The position numbers were made by a program, and so were the translations under genes. A stretch of DNA of 62,933 nt, filler included, from Saprolegnia diclina VS20 (taxonomy: Eukaryota), in assembly GCF_000281045.1 (NCBI RefSeq). It is 4 parts of 2 records of this genome, joined end to end, with 100 filler letters (N's around TTAATTAATTAA, not from the genome) between each part and the next. Parts side by side here need not be neighbours in the genome. Positions count along the whole stretch, not along the records: positions 30,049 to 56,049 come from NW_008246091.1; 3 more parts are not named here. One strand, given 5' to 3'. Under the pieces are notes generated by a model. That model had not been told where the DNA came from. It ran no database searches and saw nothing but the letters and a program-made list of their open reading frames with translations. Of the stretch, positions 32,743-45,725 are shown piece after piece. Each line of letters opens with the position of its first letter. Position 1 is the stretch's first letter.

Positions 32743-35264
32743 TTAGCTCCACCAGCGAAACCAGCGGCGCCAGCGCTTCTTCGTCTTCTCGGCCACTTTG
32801 GCGGCGGCCGCGTCGACAATCGCTTGATGCTCGAGCTCCTTGAGGCGGACCTCCAAGAGGTGACGAAACTTGGCCCGTGCCCCTACAAAAACTCCGTAAT
32901 TGAGATTGAGAGTCCACTCGGAATCTCAAATACGTTTGCTACGAAACGCGCATTGGAGTTTGACGGCACTCGCTTCGACCTTGCGCTTGTACGCTTCGTC
33001 TTTAGCGACCGTGTAGAGTCGTTTGCGCTCGTCGATGATGGCTTGGCGCTCGGTCGCCTCGGTGAACGGCTACCATCTCCGAATGCCATAATTGGTGTGA
33101 GTATCAAGTTGATACCTCGGGGGCGGTCGCGACTTGCGCTCTCGACACTTGATCGACGTATTGCCACGTGTCGGTACCAAAGTCATACTCGTGCGCAAAG
33201 CGGCGCGAGAGCTTTTGGACGGGGACCATTTCGACGACGCCGGTGCCGTCAAAGACGACCTCGACGGTGCCAAACTTGTTGTGGGGCACACTCGTGACGA
33301 TGGCACTCGCAATGACGTCCGCGTCCGATCCTACAAACTCATATACCCCGTGTTCCCATCGATGTACATTCTACGAGGCAGTCGCTTGATGTAGAGGCCG
33401 TCGTCAGTGGAAGCACCAAGCTTGGTCAAGGGCTGCAGCTGCGAGAGTTGGCGGGGCACGAACCGCTTGAGGGACCCGTCCGAGGCAAACGCCGCGCACT
33501 TGTCGTCGTGGCGACACCGAGTTTTGAGCTCGTCGAGCGACTTGGTGGCGTCCGTCGCAAAGTTGCCCGCCGGGAAGTCCCGTCCCCGGTAAAATTCAAA
33601 CCAAATCGCTACACCAATGTCAAAAATAAAACATTGAGCGGATTTGAACCCGCGCGCCGGGCGAGGACCATGGCCACCATGACTTGCTGTCCGAGGACGC
33701 ACCACGGGGGGAGTTGCACGGCTTTTCGGTACAAATATGCTTCGTAGACGCACTGGATCGATGCGGCGGCGGCGTTGCGACGGGCCGTGAGGATTTGGTA
33801 CTTGGCGTACGCGCGGTGGCAGCGGTACATGGAGGCGATGCGCCGCGCCGAGTAGTACTCCAAGTCGAAGCGCAGAACCGCCTTGTACCGCACTTCGTCG
33901 GCTTCCATGACGAGCCGCTCGGCGCGATGGAGCGCTTGTAGTTGAACTAGAATGCATGACAATGTATGCGATCAAAACTCGATGGTTACAAGGGGTGTAG
34001 TCGTCGATGGGCTCGATGTTCTCGGGGGGTACCCACAGCTTTTCGAGGTTGAAAACGACGGGCTTTCCTAATACGCAAGACAATGGATACATTGAGCACC
34101 CTAGTACTGCAAATATAGGGTAACCTGTCATGCGGGGCTGCGTCCGGGGCCTCATCTTGGAGATCGAAATGTGTGTTACGAGACGCGTGCGTTCGGAGAG
34201 CTGCGCCTGGAGGTCGTCCTAATCACGCAGCGCAAATTCGGAAAACCAACTTGGCGACAGTGCTACCCGCTGGCAACTCGCGCGGTTGGCATCGATTTCG
34301 GCTTGGGGCGGCTGCACCTTCATACGCTCGTAGTAGAGTCGGTACTGTCCGAGTACGGCCTTTAGTTGGTCGACATACTGCGCTCGCTGTTGTGCCTGCG
34401 GCGACTAGTCGCACGCCGCATTGGATCGACTCGACTCAACTCCGCGTACCTTGGCTTCAAAGTGGGCAATGAGCCATCGAATCGGATCATCTGACTGTGC
34501 CTTCTACAATAGTATTCTAGTCGACTCGAATCCGAGTACGATAGTGTACTTACTCGAAGCTCGACAATGGCTTGCAGACATTCTGGCACAAAGCACTACG
34601 ACCAAGGTCGGTATGGTGATGTAGAGTGGACTCTGTACCTCAAATATGGCTCGGGTGTTGCCCGACTCGATGGCAGGGAATGCCATCATTGGCGGCGCAA
34701 TCGTGGCGACGACATCCGTGTGCGGGCACCAATAGTTCTGCAGCCAGCGCGGCTCGGGGTCCAAGAAGGCTCTGTCGGCGTCCGTCAAGATCGAGTCGGG
34801 CACGAGCAAGGTCGCCTCGAGGTCCAAGCACGCGTGGAGAGCCCGCAGCCGCCGCGCTCGAAGTCGCTAAAACCGAATGAAACATCAAGAGTGATCCTAG
34901 TGAAATGTCGTACGGAGAGGTCGTTGCGCATGCGTCCGAGGATGATTTGCTTCTTGTGCAGCTCCCGCGACAGCGTCAGCTCGTCGGGCTCATCGATGAG
35001 CATCGCCTTGTCACATGTGCGTTGACGCCAGTTGGGTAGAGAGAGTCGTACCGCCAAGCGAAGGTACTCGGCCATGTAGTAGAACGGGTCACGCGGTCGC
35101 CCCATGATGACCTCTTGGATGCCATCCGACAAGAACTGCAGCAGCCCCTAGAAGTTGCAGAGCGTAAATACGCAGCGAATCCCGTCTCGTACCTGAACAG
35201 GCGCCTTCTGCAGCGCTTTGATCTGCGCTGCGAGTTCCGACCGCCACGTCGCCGGCAGGCCCAT
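32743..35264 (-). CDS. Multi-exon protein with N-terminal Dpy-30/RIIa-like motif and IQ motifs
   Basis: LSDGIQEVIMGRPRDPFYYMAEYL. IQ-like ARRIASMYRCHRAY, AASIQCVYEAYLYRK and AVKLQCAFRSK. Ends KKRWRRWFRWWS*. Exon structure approximate. Confidence 0.65.
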
Positions 35265-35496
35265 GCGCACCGTTTCACAGTAATCTAACAACACACGGGT
35301 AGTTATAACTCTAGTAGACAATGTGTACTACGAAAGAAGCAGGAGATGGAGACAAAAGCTTGTGACTGTGCGTTGCGGCTAGATGCTGAGAGTCGATGGC
35401 GCAGAGCACTTCTCTGCAATAGTAACCTAGCAAGCCGGCAGGACGATGGGTTATGACGCCGTTTCATATCCCGTTTCGCGCGCCAAGGAGGTCTCC

Positions 35497-37914
35497 ATGG
35501 CGTACTACGTAGCGCAGCGACCGCAGTCGGCGCGGCCTCACGTGCCAACGCGGCCGCCGCCAAAGGCCGCGAGCGGGCACATGACGCTCGCGACGTTTCG
35601 GTTTGCACCCGACTCGAACAACCTCGAGCGCACGCCGGAGCTCATCAACGTCCAGAGCAACGTCCATGCGCTGCTGAGCCTCATGGCCGACGACTCGAGC
35701 ATGGGTCTGCACCAGCCGACGCGCATGCTGCAGGCGTCTCGCTTCCGCACGCATTTGCCGAGCACGGTGCTCATCGGGCCGCACTGCGATCTATACGCGT
35801 GGTACGTGACGTCCAAGGACGGCCACGTCGTTCGGAAACACAAGAGCAACTGCAACTGGAAGAGTGTGCTCCAGGCCTTTTGCGGGCACATGAACAAGGG
35901 CTTCTCGCCTCTGAGCCACCGGGGCGCGCGCACAGCGTGCCGCGACCATTGGCCCGTCGCGGTGGCCAAGTTTGTCGACGGACGCATGCGGCTGCTCTCG
36001 GGCGCCGCGCTAATTGCCCTTGTGAAAAGCCTCGAGGCGAGCGCGCCGGGGGACACGGACTTTGCGGCGCTTCCATTTTGTCTGACGCAGTTTGTGCCAC
36101 CGGCCAAGCGCGTGCGCTACCTGAGCGTCTACACTGTGGTCATTTCAGGTATTTGTGTTTTCAAAGCTGACCTTGTTGTAGGTTGAAGGCGCCGGCGACT
36201 GCCACGTTGTTGTAGCCGAGCTACCTCCGTTCTACCGAGAACAAGTGCACAGCGACACGCCGACGACGGATGGCAATATTAACACGGACCCAATACAAGT
36301 CGTCCAACACGGTGCGTGGCGACCTCCCCAAACCCCACCATAGCAACGACGTAGAAAGCAGCATGCTGCTCGGCGAGGCGATTCAGAAGGAGACGACGCT
36401 CTTGGCGCGCCATGTCAACCGCCGCAACGCCGCCACGGGCACGCCGGTCGTGCACCAGCTCATTCTCGAGTACATGGTCCACGCCAAGGACGGCGAGGTC
36501 TACCTAAGCTCAATCCTCGGTGTGAGCTGGCAAAACGGCGAGCAGGTATACATATGTATTGCAAACGTCTAGTACCGTTATTACAATATAATGCTACAAC
36601 AGGTGCAGTTGGTGGACGCTGTCACCAACAACACGGAGCCGGAGCCGAGTGCACCCGCGCCCCCGACGGCCGCGGTGGCGCAGCAAATCTTCAAGTTTTC
36701 ACGCAGCTTGAAAGGCTCCCAAGCACGATGCGAGGTGGCGGAGCGGCAGGTCTTGCACTACCTGAGCGAGGCGGAGAAGGCGAAAGCGCAGGTGTCGGTG
36801 CTCCACGACCACTTGCAGCGCACGTCCGAGCAGCTGCAAGTGGCGTGCGAGGCGACGCCGCACAAGATGCGCATCGAAGCCCTCGAGACGGCGCTCCGCA
36901 AAGCCAATCAGCGAGTCGAGACGCTCGAAGAGCAGCTCCACGTCGAGCGACAAACGCGGGTCGAGGGCGCGACGCTCCTCACCAACGAGGTAATTTCAAT
37001 GTATCAACTGGATTGTGCAAGATGAAATAGCGCAACACGTTTTGCGTGGCACTGCAGCAAGCGCAAGCCAAGATCGAGACACTCGCAAACGACCTCGAGC
37101 TGGCGACGTCGACCGAGGCGAGTGCGAGTCGGGCGCTGAGTGTAGAAACCACGGCCCACGCGCGAACCCAGCAGCTGCTGGCAGGGCTCGAAGCGCTTCT
37201 CGCTCAGCAAAAGGACATTCACGCTGCCCACGTAGCCAAAATTCGATCGCTCGAAGACGACTTGACCAAGACGACCGAAGACCGGGACCACCTCCAGCGC
37301 CTCGTGCCGTATGCCAATGTACGGCACCCAAAGTATCAACTCGATACAATTTGGTGCGTAGATCAAGAAGGCGGCCTATTGCAAGCGAATGCACTTGCAC
37401 GACCTGTACTTGGGCTGGCCCGACTGGCAGCTGCAAGTCGAGTGCCTCGACCGCGTCCTCTCGATGCACGTGCTCACGCTCCAGAAGACCTTCGACCACT
37501 TTCAGCCTATGAAGTTGCCGGTGCTTATCGAGTCGACGTCGATTACGCGCACGTATCCGCTGATCCACCACCGGCTCAACTTTGCCCAGCTCTGCGAGTG
37601 CATGCGTCTCTGTGGCGTGCTCACCACGCGGTACCAAGGATTGATAGTACATTAGTCAACTAAGAACTGCGGGTAGGTTTACGACGGCGGTGCTTGAGAC
37701 CGTCTTTCTCAAGTGCACGGAAAAGTCGTTTGCCAAACAAACCAAGGGCCCCACCACCGCCGGCGTCGGACGGCCACGCGGCATGTCGTTCATGGAATTC
37801 ATCGAGTGCATCGTCCGCGTCGCGCTGCTCAAATGCAAGTCCTCTCACATGGCCGCCGAGTCGGTTCAAAGCTTCATGGACACGCACTTGGTGCCCGCCG
37901 AGCAAAAGTGGTAA
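35497..37914 (+). CDS. Multi-exon hypothetical coiled-coil protein
   Basis: Coding exons with GT-AG introns, a heptad-rich E/Q/A/L region at 36700-37300, and C-terminal MSFMEFIECIVRVA. Confidence 0.65.
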
Positions 37915-38182
37915 TGACGACAGCTTTGCGTTGACTTCCAGAGTCCCAGTTTCGATCCAGTACGTTTGGTCGTGCTGTGGGGAGCGACTTACCAAGAGCA
38001 TGGGCAGCAAGGGAGTGAGCTACGCAGAAGAATTGCATTACTATAATTGTAGAGCCCTGGAGCTAAGAACTGGAGTGGCCACTCTGATTGGGTTAACATG
38101 TCGATGCAGATACCCCGGGGTACAAAGATGGAGCACATGCTGTGCCCCGGTGTACAGCGATGAAAACGTCCTTTTTTGCATC

Positions 38183-39178
38183 ATGCCGGCGGTGAAGGTG
38201 GCGATCGTCCAGTTCGAGCCCGTGCTGGGCGACGTGCCCCGCAACATGGCCCACGTCTCGGCGATGCTCGCCAAGCTCTCGGACTCTGACAGCATCGACA
38301 TTCTCCAGCTCTGCGAGGTGCGCTGCCCGTCGTCGTCGAACGCGCCTGCAAATGATGCGAGCTAGATGCCGTTCACGGGCTACTGCTTCAAAGACCGCAC
38401 CGAGATTGCGCCGTTCGCCGAGCGCCCCGACAGCGGACCCACGTTTACTTGGTGTCAGGCGCAGGCCCGCCGCCTACGCTGCCTCGTGGCATGCGGCTAC
38501 GTCGAGCGCGGCGATGGCGACGCCTTGTACAACGCGATGATGGTGCTGAGCCCGGACGGCGACCTTGTCTACAACGCGCGCAAGGTAGGCCTCTGCGCGA
38601 TACAACAAGGTACACTGTGTCTGTAGACGTTCCTGTACGAGACGGACAAGACGTGGGCGACGCCGAGTCCCACTGGTTTTGGCTCATGGTACTGTCCGTG
38701 GCTCCAGCGGCAGCTCTCGTTTGGTGCGACTTGGTTGCATCGTCTTGCGCTAATGGACGCTAGGCATTTGCATGGACATCAATCCCGATGACTTCAAGGC
38801 GCCGTGGGAAGCGTACGAGTTTGCGACGAGCATTGTCGAGGCCAAGAGCTCGATCGTTCTCTTCTCGAGTGCATGGAACGACCATAGCCCGCACGAGACG
38901 AGCAACTCGGCCATGCCAACCATCCAGTACGACACGCCTCATTCGTTCGACTACAAGGTTGGTTAACGACTAGGTACTGGGCCAATCGGCTCGTCCCAGT
39001 CATTGAAGCGGCCCGCGCTGCCTCGACGGACTGCTACTTTGTCTGCTCCAACCGAACCGGCATCGAGCGCGGCACGCCCTTTGTTGGCGGCTCGTGCGTC
39101 TTGTCGCTGCGGGAGCCCGCCATCTTGACCAGTGTCGGGCGGTTTGACGAAGCTGTCCTGGTCGCTACGTTGCTGTAG
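38183..39178 (+). CDS. Carbon-nitrogen hydrolase, protein N-terminal amidase (Nta1-like)
   Basis: VAIVQFEPVLG, LCE|MPFTGYCF, LYNAM, K|TFLYETDKTWA, GICMDINP..F.APW.AYEFA and NRTGIE..PFVGGS. E-K-C triad present. Confidence 0.85.
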
Positions 39179-39532
39179 AGGCCTTTTGTCTCGTACAAGC
39201 GCACAGTACTACACAAATAACGGTCTGCGTTATGGGCTACATTCTCAAAGCCGACGTCGTTTCGCAGAGCATAAAACTTGAAGTCAGCTTGTTCCGACGA
39301 CGTAGAGCAACTACAATTGATACTCAGCTACTACGACGCCACCAACTTCAAGCACGCACCCTAGACACCCAACTTGGTACGTGGCGAGTCGCTTTTACAA
39401 GGCGCGTGGCGATATTATGTCGGCGCTTCTTCAACCAAGGAAGCTGGAAATAAATAGTAGATATCAAACAATACCAGCTACAAACACGTTGCGTTTAAAT
39501 AAGTCTTGGACAAGCAGATAGACCAAATAAGG

Positions 39533-40444
39533 CTAGTGCACGGGTGCATCGCCGTCGTCGTCCGAAGATATGTCGCTCTCAGTGTCGTCGTCGTCGTCGA
39601 GGTCGATCGCTTGGCCCTTTGCGTGCTGAGCGAGAAAAATCTCGGTCGTGTACTCGGCGTGGAAGGGCGACAGGTTGAAGGAGCACCCGTTGGTTTGGAA
39701 CACGACTGGGCAGTCGGCGTCGCGCCACGTCATGAAACGGTCGCGCAGGATGGGCGCGAGGCGGCGGACGTCGGGATGGCGGTCGTCCCACCAGCGCTTG
39801 GCTGCGACGCGGCGGCCAAACTCGTGGCACGAGAGCATGTCGTCCCAAGCCATGTCGTTGGAGAGGAGCCATCGCGGCGGGGCGTCCGTCGCGGAGACGA
39901 CATAGGCGTGCGGGTGCGCGCTGTGCTTTTCGACAAGCGTCGTTTTGCACTTGGTCATAGCGCTCAGGCGGACCTTGAGGCGCGGCTGGTAGTAGCCGTC
40001 GCACGCGCAGTTGTGAATTCGTCCAATCGCACACGTCGACTCGTACGCAGTCGCATGCGTGAGGTTAGCGAGGCGCCAGATCTCGGCGTGGAGGTCCTTG
40101 AGGTACAGGGGCGCCGGCGTTCGGATGCGTTGCGGGTCGCTCGTGAAAAAGTAGACGCCAAAGCCTTTGCCCGTGATGCCGCACGCCGTCTTGACCTCGG
40201 TGTGTACGAGGAAGCGCAAATTGCGGTCGTCCACGATGGCCATGCGGTTGCGCAGGTGCAGAAGCTGGAGAAGGCGAAAGCGCGGCGACCCGCGAAGGTG
40301 CGCGGCGATCGCGCGGGACGTCAACGCCAGCGCGGCCAGGTCGGCGCTCGACTGCGTTGCGATCGCGTCGTGGAGGAAAGCGTCGAGGAAGATGGTCCAC
40401 GGATCTTGGTAGTGGTGGCTGAAGCTGCTATTCGTAAGATTCAT
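39533..40444 (-). CDS. Hypothetical intronless protein with acidic tail
   Basis: About 300-aa ORF with strong GC3 bias. No family recognised. Confidence 0.6.
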   Translation of the reverse strand: MNLTNSSFSHHYQDPWTIFLDAFLHDAIATQSSADLAALALTSRAIAAHLRGSPRFRLLQLLHLRNRMAIVDDRNLRFLVHTEVKTACGITGKGFGVYFFTSDPQRIRTPAPLYLKDLHAEIWRLANLTHATAYESTCAIGRIHNCACDGYYQPRLKVRLSAMTKCKTTLVEKHSAHPHAYVVSATDAPPRWLLSNDMAWDDMLSCHEFGRRVAAKRWWDDRHPDVRRLAPILRDRFMTWRDADCPVVFQTNGCSFNLSPFHAEYTTEIFLAQHAKGQAIDLDDDDDTESDISSDDDGDAPVH

Positions 40445-41543
40445 GCCCGGGTCGTTCAACAATAGCGCGAGACAACAAATGAGCTCCGGTGCAATCACCA
40501 TCACCATTCGCCCGCTGGTTTAGAGATCCGGTCATGAGAGCATCCCGGGGAGGACAGAAACGAGCACTTGATTGGCCAGCCACTCGCGGGCGAGTGCCAG
40601 GTGGTTTTGGTGGGTCCCCCCAAAACGACTGGGACCTAGGTCATTCCCTGAATGGCAGTGTCAACGCCGCCCACGTGGACTGGCGAAGGGTACGGGGAGG
40701 GGGTCTTCATGTTCCGCGACAAGCCTTGGATCAGGGCGATAAAAACCCCATCGGCTCAACCTGGATACACCTGCACCTCGCGAGACCAGGACCGCGTAGA
40801 CAGGCCACAGCGATCGTCATTTCTGCAAGGCGTCTCACTCGCCTAGTGGAATAGGACCACGAAAAGACACTCTTGAGAGAGTCGACCGGCACGCAGACAC
40901 GATTGAGATTTGCCGACAGCCGTGCCCACGGACCGGCGACCAAAAAGGTCGTCCTTACTCGCGATCGATCACGGGATGCAGAAAAATACGATCTTGAAGT
41001 TCCGGCCGTCGCTGGCTCTGGCGTCGGTCTGGGACAAGCGCGTCTGTCAACTTGTAGTTGACATCATGAACGACCTTCTTCGTATGACCAGCAAGACCGC
41101 GTGCGGCTTTGGGCTATGCACAAAGACCGTTCAGATGCCGAGTTTGCCACACGACTGATAAGACGATTCCCTAGCTGAGACAAACGTAACAGATACAGGT
41201 ACACTCTGAACGGGAAAACGAGGACAAAGAAGACAAGTCTCGGAACGAAACCACTTCTGGTCTCCCAAATGGTATATTATATCTGAATCCATTCACTTCG
41301 ACGTCTGGTATTCGCATCGCTTGGCACTCGTTGTTCGTAGAGCCATCAAGCATGTATGGGACGGAGATCCTGGACAAGTGCACTTATAAGACTCGACCGC
41401 TGCTTCACCGCGTTGGCTGGACTCCAGAGCAATGGGGAGGATACGGTGCGCACTTGCTTGATGATATCGCCAAAACTGATGTTGAGGCGTCCGTCATACT
41501 ATCATTATACGGGTAGTCTATGTGTCACTAGTCCGTTTACTGC

Positions 41544-42760
41544 TTAGCACGCTAACCACTGCCGCACGTAGTAGACTTGCGTGAGGGCCATGCTGACCAG
41601 GACGACGTTCCCGAGCAGAGCCACGACGACAAAGCGGGCGTGGGCACTCTCGGCCGCTGCGACACGACTGAATCAGCGACGACTGGAGACGCGTCTTCGT
41701 ACCGTTGCGGCTCGTGCGTTCGTGCTGCACGATGGAGCCGATTTTGCCTACAACACTTGATGCGTCCGAGCATCCAACGCTGTGCACCTTTGAGGTCCCA
41801 GACGCGCTGGCGAAACTGCAGCATCTCGATCCAGAGCGACGCACCAACGTCTGCTGGCACAGGTGAGACGTCAAGGAGAACAAAGCCAAGAACCTTCAAA
41901 GGTCACAAGCGGCCAGTGGTCGGCTGCGACCTGCGACATGGAGTGCAGCTCTGCGGTGCCTACCGACGGGCTAAACACCTAGACACATCGTTGGTGAAGC
42001 GTGTACTTGCCGCGAGGAGGTAGTACCGCCAAGGACAACGTCGCCTGCCCGTGCTTGATAGCATCTAGTTGACGTGCAGCGTGCCGTGTGTAGATATCTA
42101 TACCAACCTGTCGCAAGGTCGGTGATGTCAAAGACAACGCTGCCGCCAGCTGCACATGCCACAACGTGGTCCTACTTGCCGTCATCTTCCTACGTTCGTG
42201 CTCATGGGGAGTACCCTGGCCACTCCGTCGAGGTGCGACTGCCTAGCCACTGATTCAACCGCAGCTTACACTTTGTCGACCTCTACCAGTGTCGGTGTTG
42301 GACGGCCGAGAGAGGAATCGTCGCGAGCTGAAGCTCCGAGACGTCGGTGGCCTTGACCGAGAGCGAGAGGTAGACACGCGTCTTGAGGTCCACGATGCTG
42401 GGGGAGACACCGGAGAGCGAGAAACGCATGTAGCCCACCGACTAGAGACATAGCATACTTTCCTGATCGCGCAAGAAGATCAAAACCTCGTGGTCCGTGC
42501 GCGTCCGCACGGCAGTGAGCGACGACGAAGCGACGGCGCCGAGAGTGTCGGCCCGGCTTGGATACACCTGCGTGCGCATGACCAACTGCACGCTTTGCGC
42601 ACGCCCGTACTGTAAAGGTGCGAGTGCCTGCGAGGAGGAAGTCGAATGCGTACACGACCGTCTTCTCGGACGAGCCAGAGCCTAGTGCATCGATTGAGCT
42701 CAGGACGCGGCCCTGCTCGAGTACCTGGATGTACAAAGCAGAAGCGGTAGAGGCCGCTAC
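41544..42760 (-). CDS. Divergent p24/emp24-like cargo-receptor gene (5' structure uncertain)
   Basis: Spliced C-terminus SLWIEMLQFRQRVWDLK|GKIGSIVQHERTSRN|..AAESAHARFVVVALLGNVVLVSMALTQVYYVRQWLAC* matches the p24 coiled coil + ESTN.RV + TM + QVYYLR pattern. Confidence 0.5.
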
Positions 42761-45694
42761 AGATGCGCACTGTAGACTGCAGGCGACAAGCTGACGCGTA
42801 CCTCTCCCGCACCTGAATCGCAACGTGTCCAGCCTTGCGGAACGTCCACTGCTTGGCGAGCCGGCCGGTGGGGGTCTGGATGAAGGCGTCGACAGCATCT
42901 ACCGTACGCTGTGTGAGCGCACGCTACTTGAGTTGGCGGAGCACCAGGCGTTCCGGCTTCCACAAGCTCGAAGCGGAAGAGCAGGCGGTTCTGCGTCGCA
43001 CGGGCATCGAGGAGCTCGTAGTAGCACTCCTAATACACGCGATGAGACCGCGATGGCGGCGAAGGCGCAGGTGCCCACGGGCGAAGACGTCGTTGCAGAC
43101 GTGTCGAGCTTAAAGAGGAAGCGCGAACCGGCCTCGACCGCCAGCGCCAGCCATGCGACGGCAACCACCACGGCCCGCGTCAGCATCGTCGCGTCTGCCG
43201 TGGCACGGTATCCGGATGAGCCGGATATGAAGCAACCAATCACTGACATTGCAGACGATCCTGTTGCAGGGACATCCCTCCTCCCTCCCTGAGGGCTGCG
43301 AGGTCTGCCTTATTTGCTCCATTGGGTCGGCTCATCCGAATATCGACTGCTAGAGCTGACGCTACAGCTGAGCGATGCCAGCCTCGGGGTATGCGCCACG
43401 TTCTCATCGCAGAACTTGGGCGCAGCCTATTGCTTTGCGCATCAATGCACATCGAGACGAGACTTGGCGCCTCGACAAGCTGCTCCGTGCGTCTGTTGGT
43501 GTGCACGTAGTGCATCGAAGCGGTTGTCGCCGCAGGCGTTTGCTCGTCTCGCCTGATGTTAGAGCCGGCATCGCCGCGGATTCCTGCGGTGTTCACGGGA
43601 GCGATCGCCGCCTTCTGGACTTGTTGCGTCATCGCTTGGACGGGCGTTGCAAGCGGATGTGCGCGGCCGTCGAGCGACAGCCCATCGTGTAATGGGGCAA
43701 GGCGAATGAGTGGCGGCGGTCGGTTCTGGCGACCGTGCAGTTGGAACCAGATCTGCGGATCGCTCGACGGCGCCTTCCCACCCACGTGGCGCGCTCTCGT
43801 CCACGCTTCCAGCCAATCCAGTGGACCAAACCCGACCATTCGAGGACACGAAATTGAAGGCTTCTGTTTTTCTGGGTTCTTTTTTTCCTGGCTTGTCTAA
43901 CACGGTGATATGACGTGCACGGCAGGAACGAGGAGGATGTGCCCTGCGCGAACGCGTTATAACAGAGTGCCCCTAGACAATAACTAGCTTTGCGAACTCT
44001 ACGTGCCGGCGCACACTCCGTCGTGCGCACTCGTACAGCAGCGAGACGGACCCTCGGAGCTTGGACGTGTTTATACAATCGACCTGCGGTGCAGATGGCG
44101 CCAATCAATTTCGTCACCCACCACGTGTCGGACTTGCAATTCACGACAAAACCCACCACAACCATCGTATTTTACACCTCTCGCTGTGGTGTTATAACGC
44201 TTTTGTTGGCCAAGATGCAAGACTCGCCGCGTTGGTGCTGCTCGGCTTCAGCGCAGACACATTGACCATACGGAGCGCCGCTTCGTACTACTGGTACTAA
44301 ACGTCAGAGTTGGCTACCTGATTGGCGCGTTGTATGGAGGTGGAAACCGGGAAAGGGAAGCATCCTAGTTGATGCAACGAATGGACTGCAACGCGCTTCA
44401 ACACAAGTCCATAGTTGCCATCAACGCACATGCCTTTGTTGCTAGCGTGATGTCGATGTTGGCCCCTTGTACTATCGATCAAGAACACTTGGACTCGTCG
44501 CACTGAGTGGCCGAATCCACAGACCGCAGGGTATCCAAGTACAGGTATTCGATCGTGTTTAGCTAGAGATACTGGCGCGTATAGTGCTTCCGTGTTGTCT
44601 TTGCGACGCCTCGAATGCACGGCGCACGAAGTGCCGACACAACGGCCCGATTTGTTATGGCAGTGTGTTATTTCGAATTTCACACGCTGCCGTCGCGCGC
44701 TACCGTGTGTTTTATGCAACCCGGCAAACCACACGGTGCGAAATCCCACGCTTGCCGTATCCTGAAGCGCCGACGGGCGCGGCATACATTCATCGAGTGC
44801 AGGATTCCAAGCCGACGCATCGCACTCGGTTGCTTGTTCGGCCTCAACGAACACGAAGCTTGGCTGCCCGCTGCGACACGCAGGCCGCTCGCAGCCACTC
44901 AACGTCGCGCAGCCGCGGCTCGGAATGGTATACTTGGCGCGAGGCGATTTCTTTTTTTTTGGGCTCTGGCTTGCTTGCTGACCAGTGTCGAGATTTTCAC
45001 GCGATCACACGAGTGTTATAACAGTGCGTGATAGCGAGCCGGATGATAGATGGCACCTCTACAATCAGGCGAGTTCTCTCGTTCGTCACTGGAGCTGGGT
45101 GGATGATCGCTCGCCAGAGTCTGGCTTGGATCGCAGGTGCTGCCAGCCCCACATTTCACTTGCCTGCGATGTCGCACATGTGACGGACGCGCGGTTCCAA
45201 TGGCTTGACGGTGAGCGTTTCGCGGTCCACCGAAATATGTACAACCCTCTCATGCAGTAGATACAGTACAAAGCTTCGTAACGATGATGTAGTGTGCTGT
45301 GAGGAGCATCGCACACACTTGTCGTCCTCGCGCGACTCATAGCAACGAGAAACAGCTTATGGTGAATTCCCAGCTTCATTGGTCGTCCCATTGTACCCAG
45401 CACGCAATCGTACCCACGCCGAAACGCACGCACTTTGCCTTAAGAATGCGATGTACTCTACAGCTTGCTGTCAGCCACGAGATCTTTGGCGCTTGCAAGG
45501 AGGCATGCAATTTGCATGTGTTATAACAGGCGCGAAGTGAGTTTCACACGGAAAGGCCACGTGAAAATCGCAGCTGAGCCCACTCCATTGGGCATCCAGG
45601 GTGCTGACGACTTAAGCCACATGGCGACGGCCCGAATCATGTCGCAGTGAGCTCAGGGATTTCTGTGGACCTGGCCAAACCGCCGGCCTCGCTC

Positions 45695-45711
45695 TTCATT
45701 CTGCAATTTGC
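45695..45711 (+). promoter_or_regulatory. Oomycete core promoter (Inr + FPR)
   Basis: TTCATTCTGCAATTTGC is a near-consensus match 15 nt upstream of ATG 45726. Confidence 0.8.
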
Positions 45712-45725
45712 ACCGGACCTCGCCC

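Noticed and set aside
42825..45600. Scattered ORFs of 100-200 aa
   Set aside because: No codon bias or motifs that I can support.
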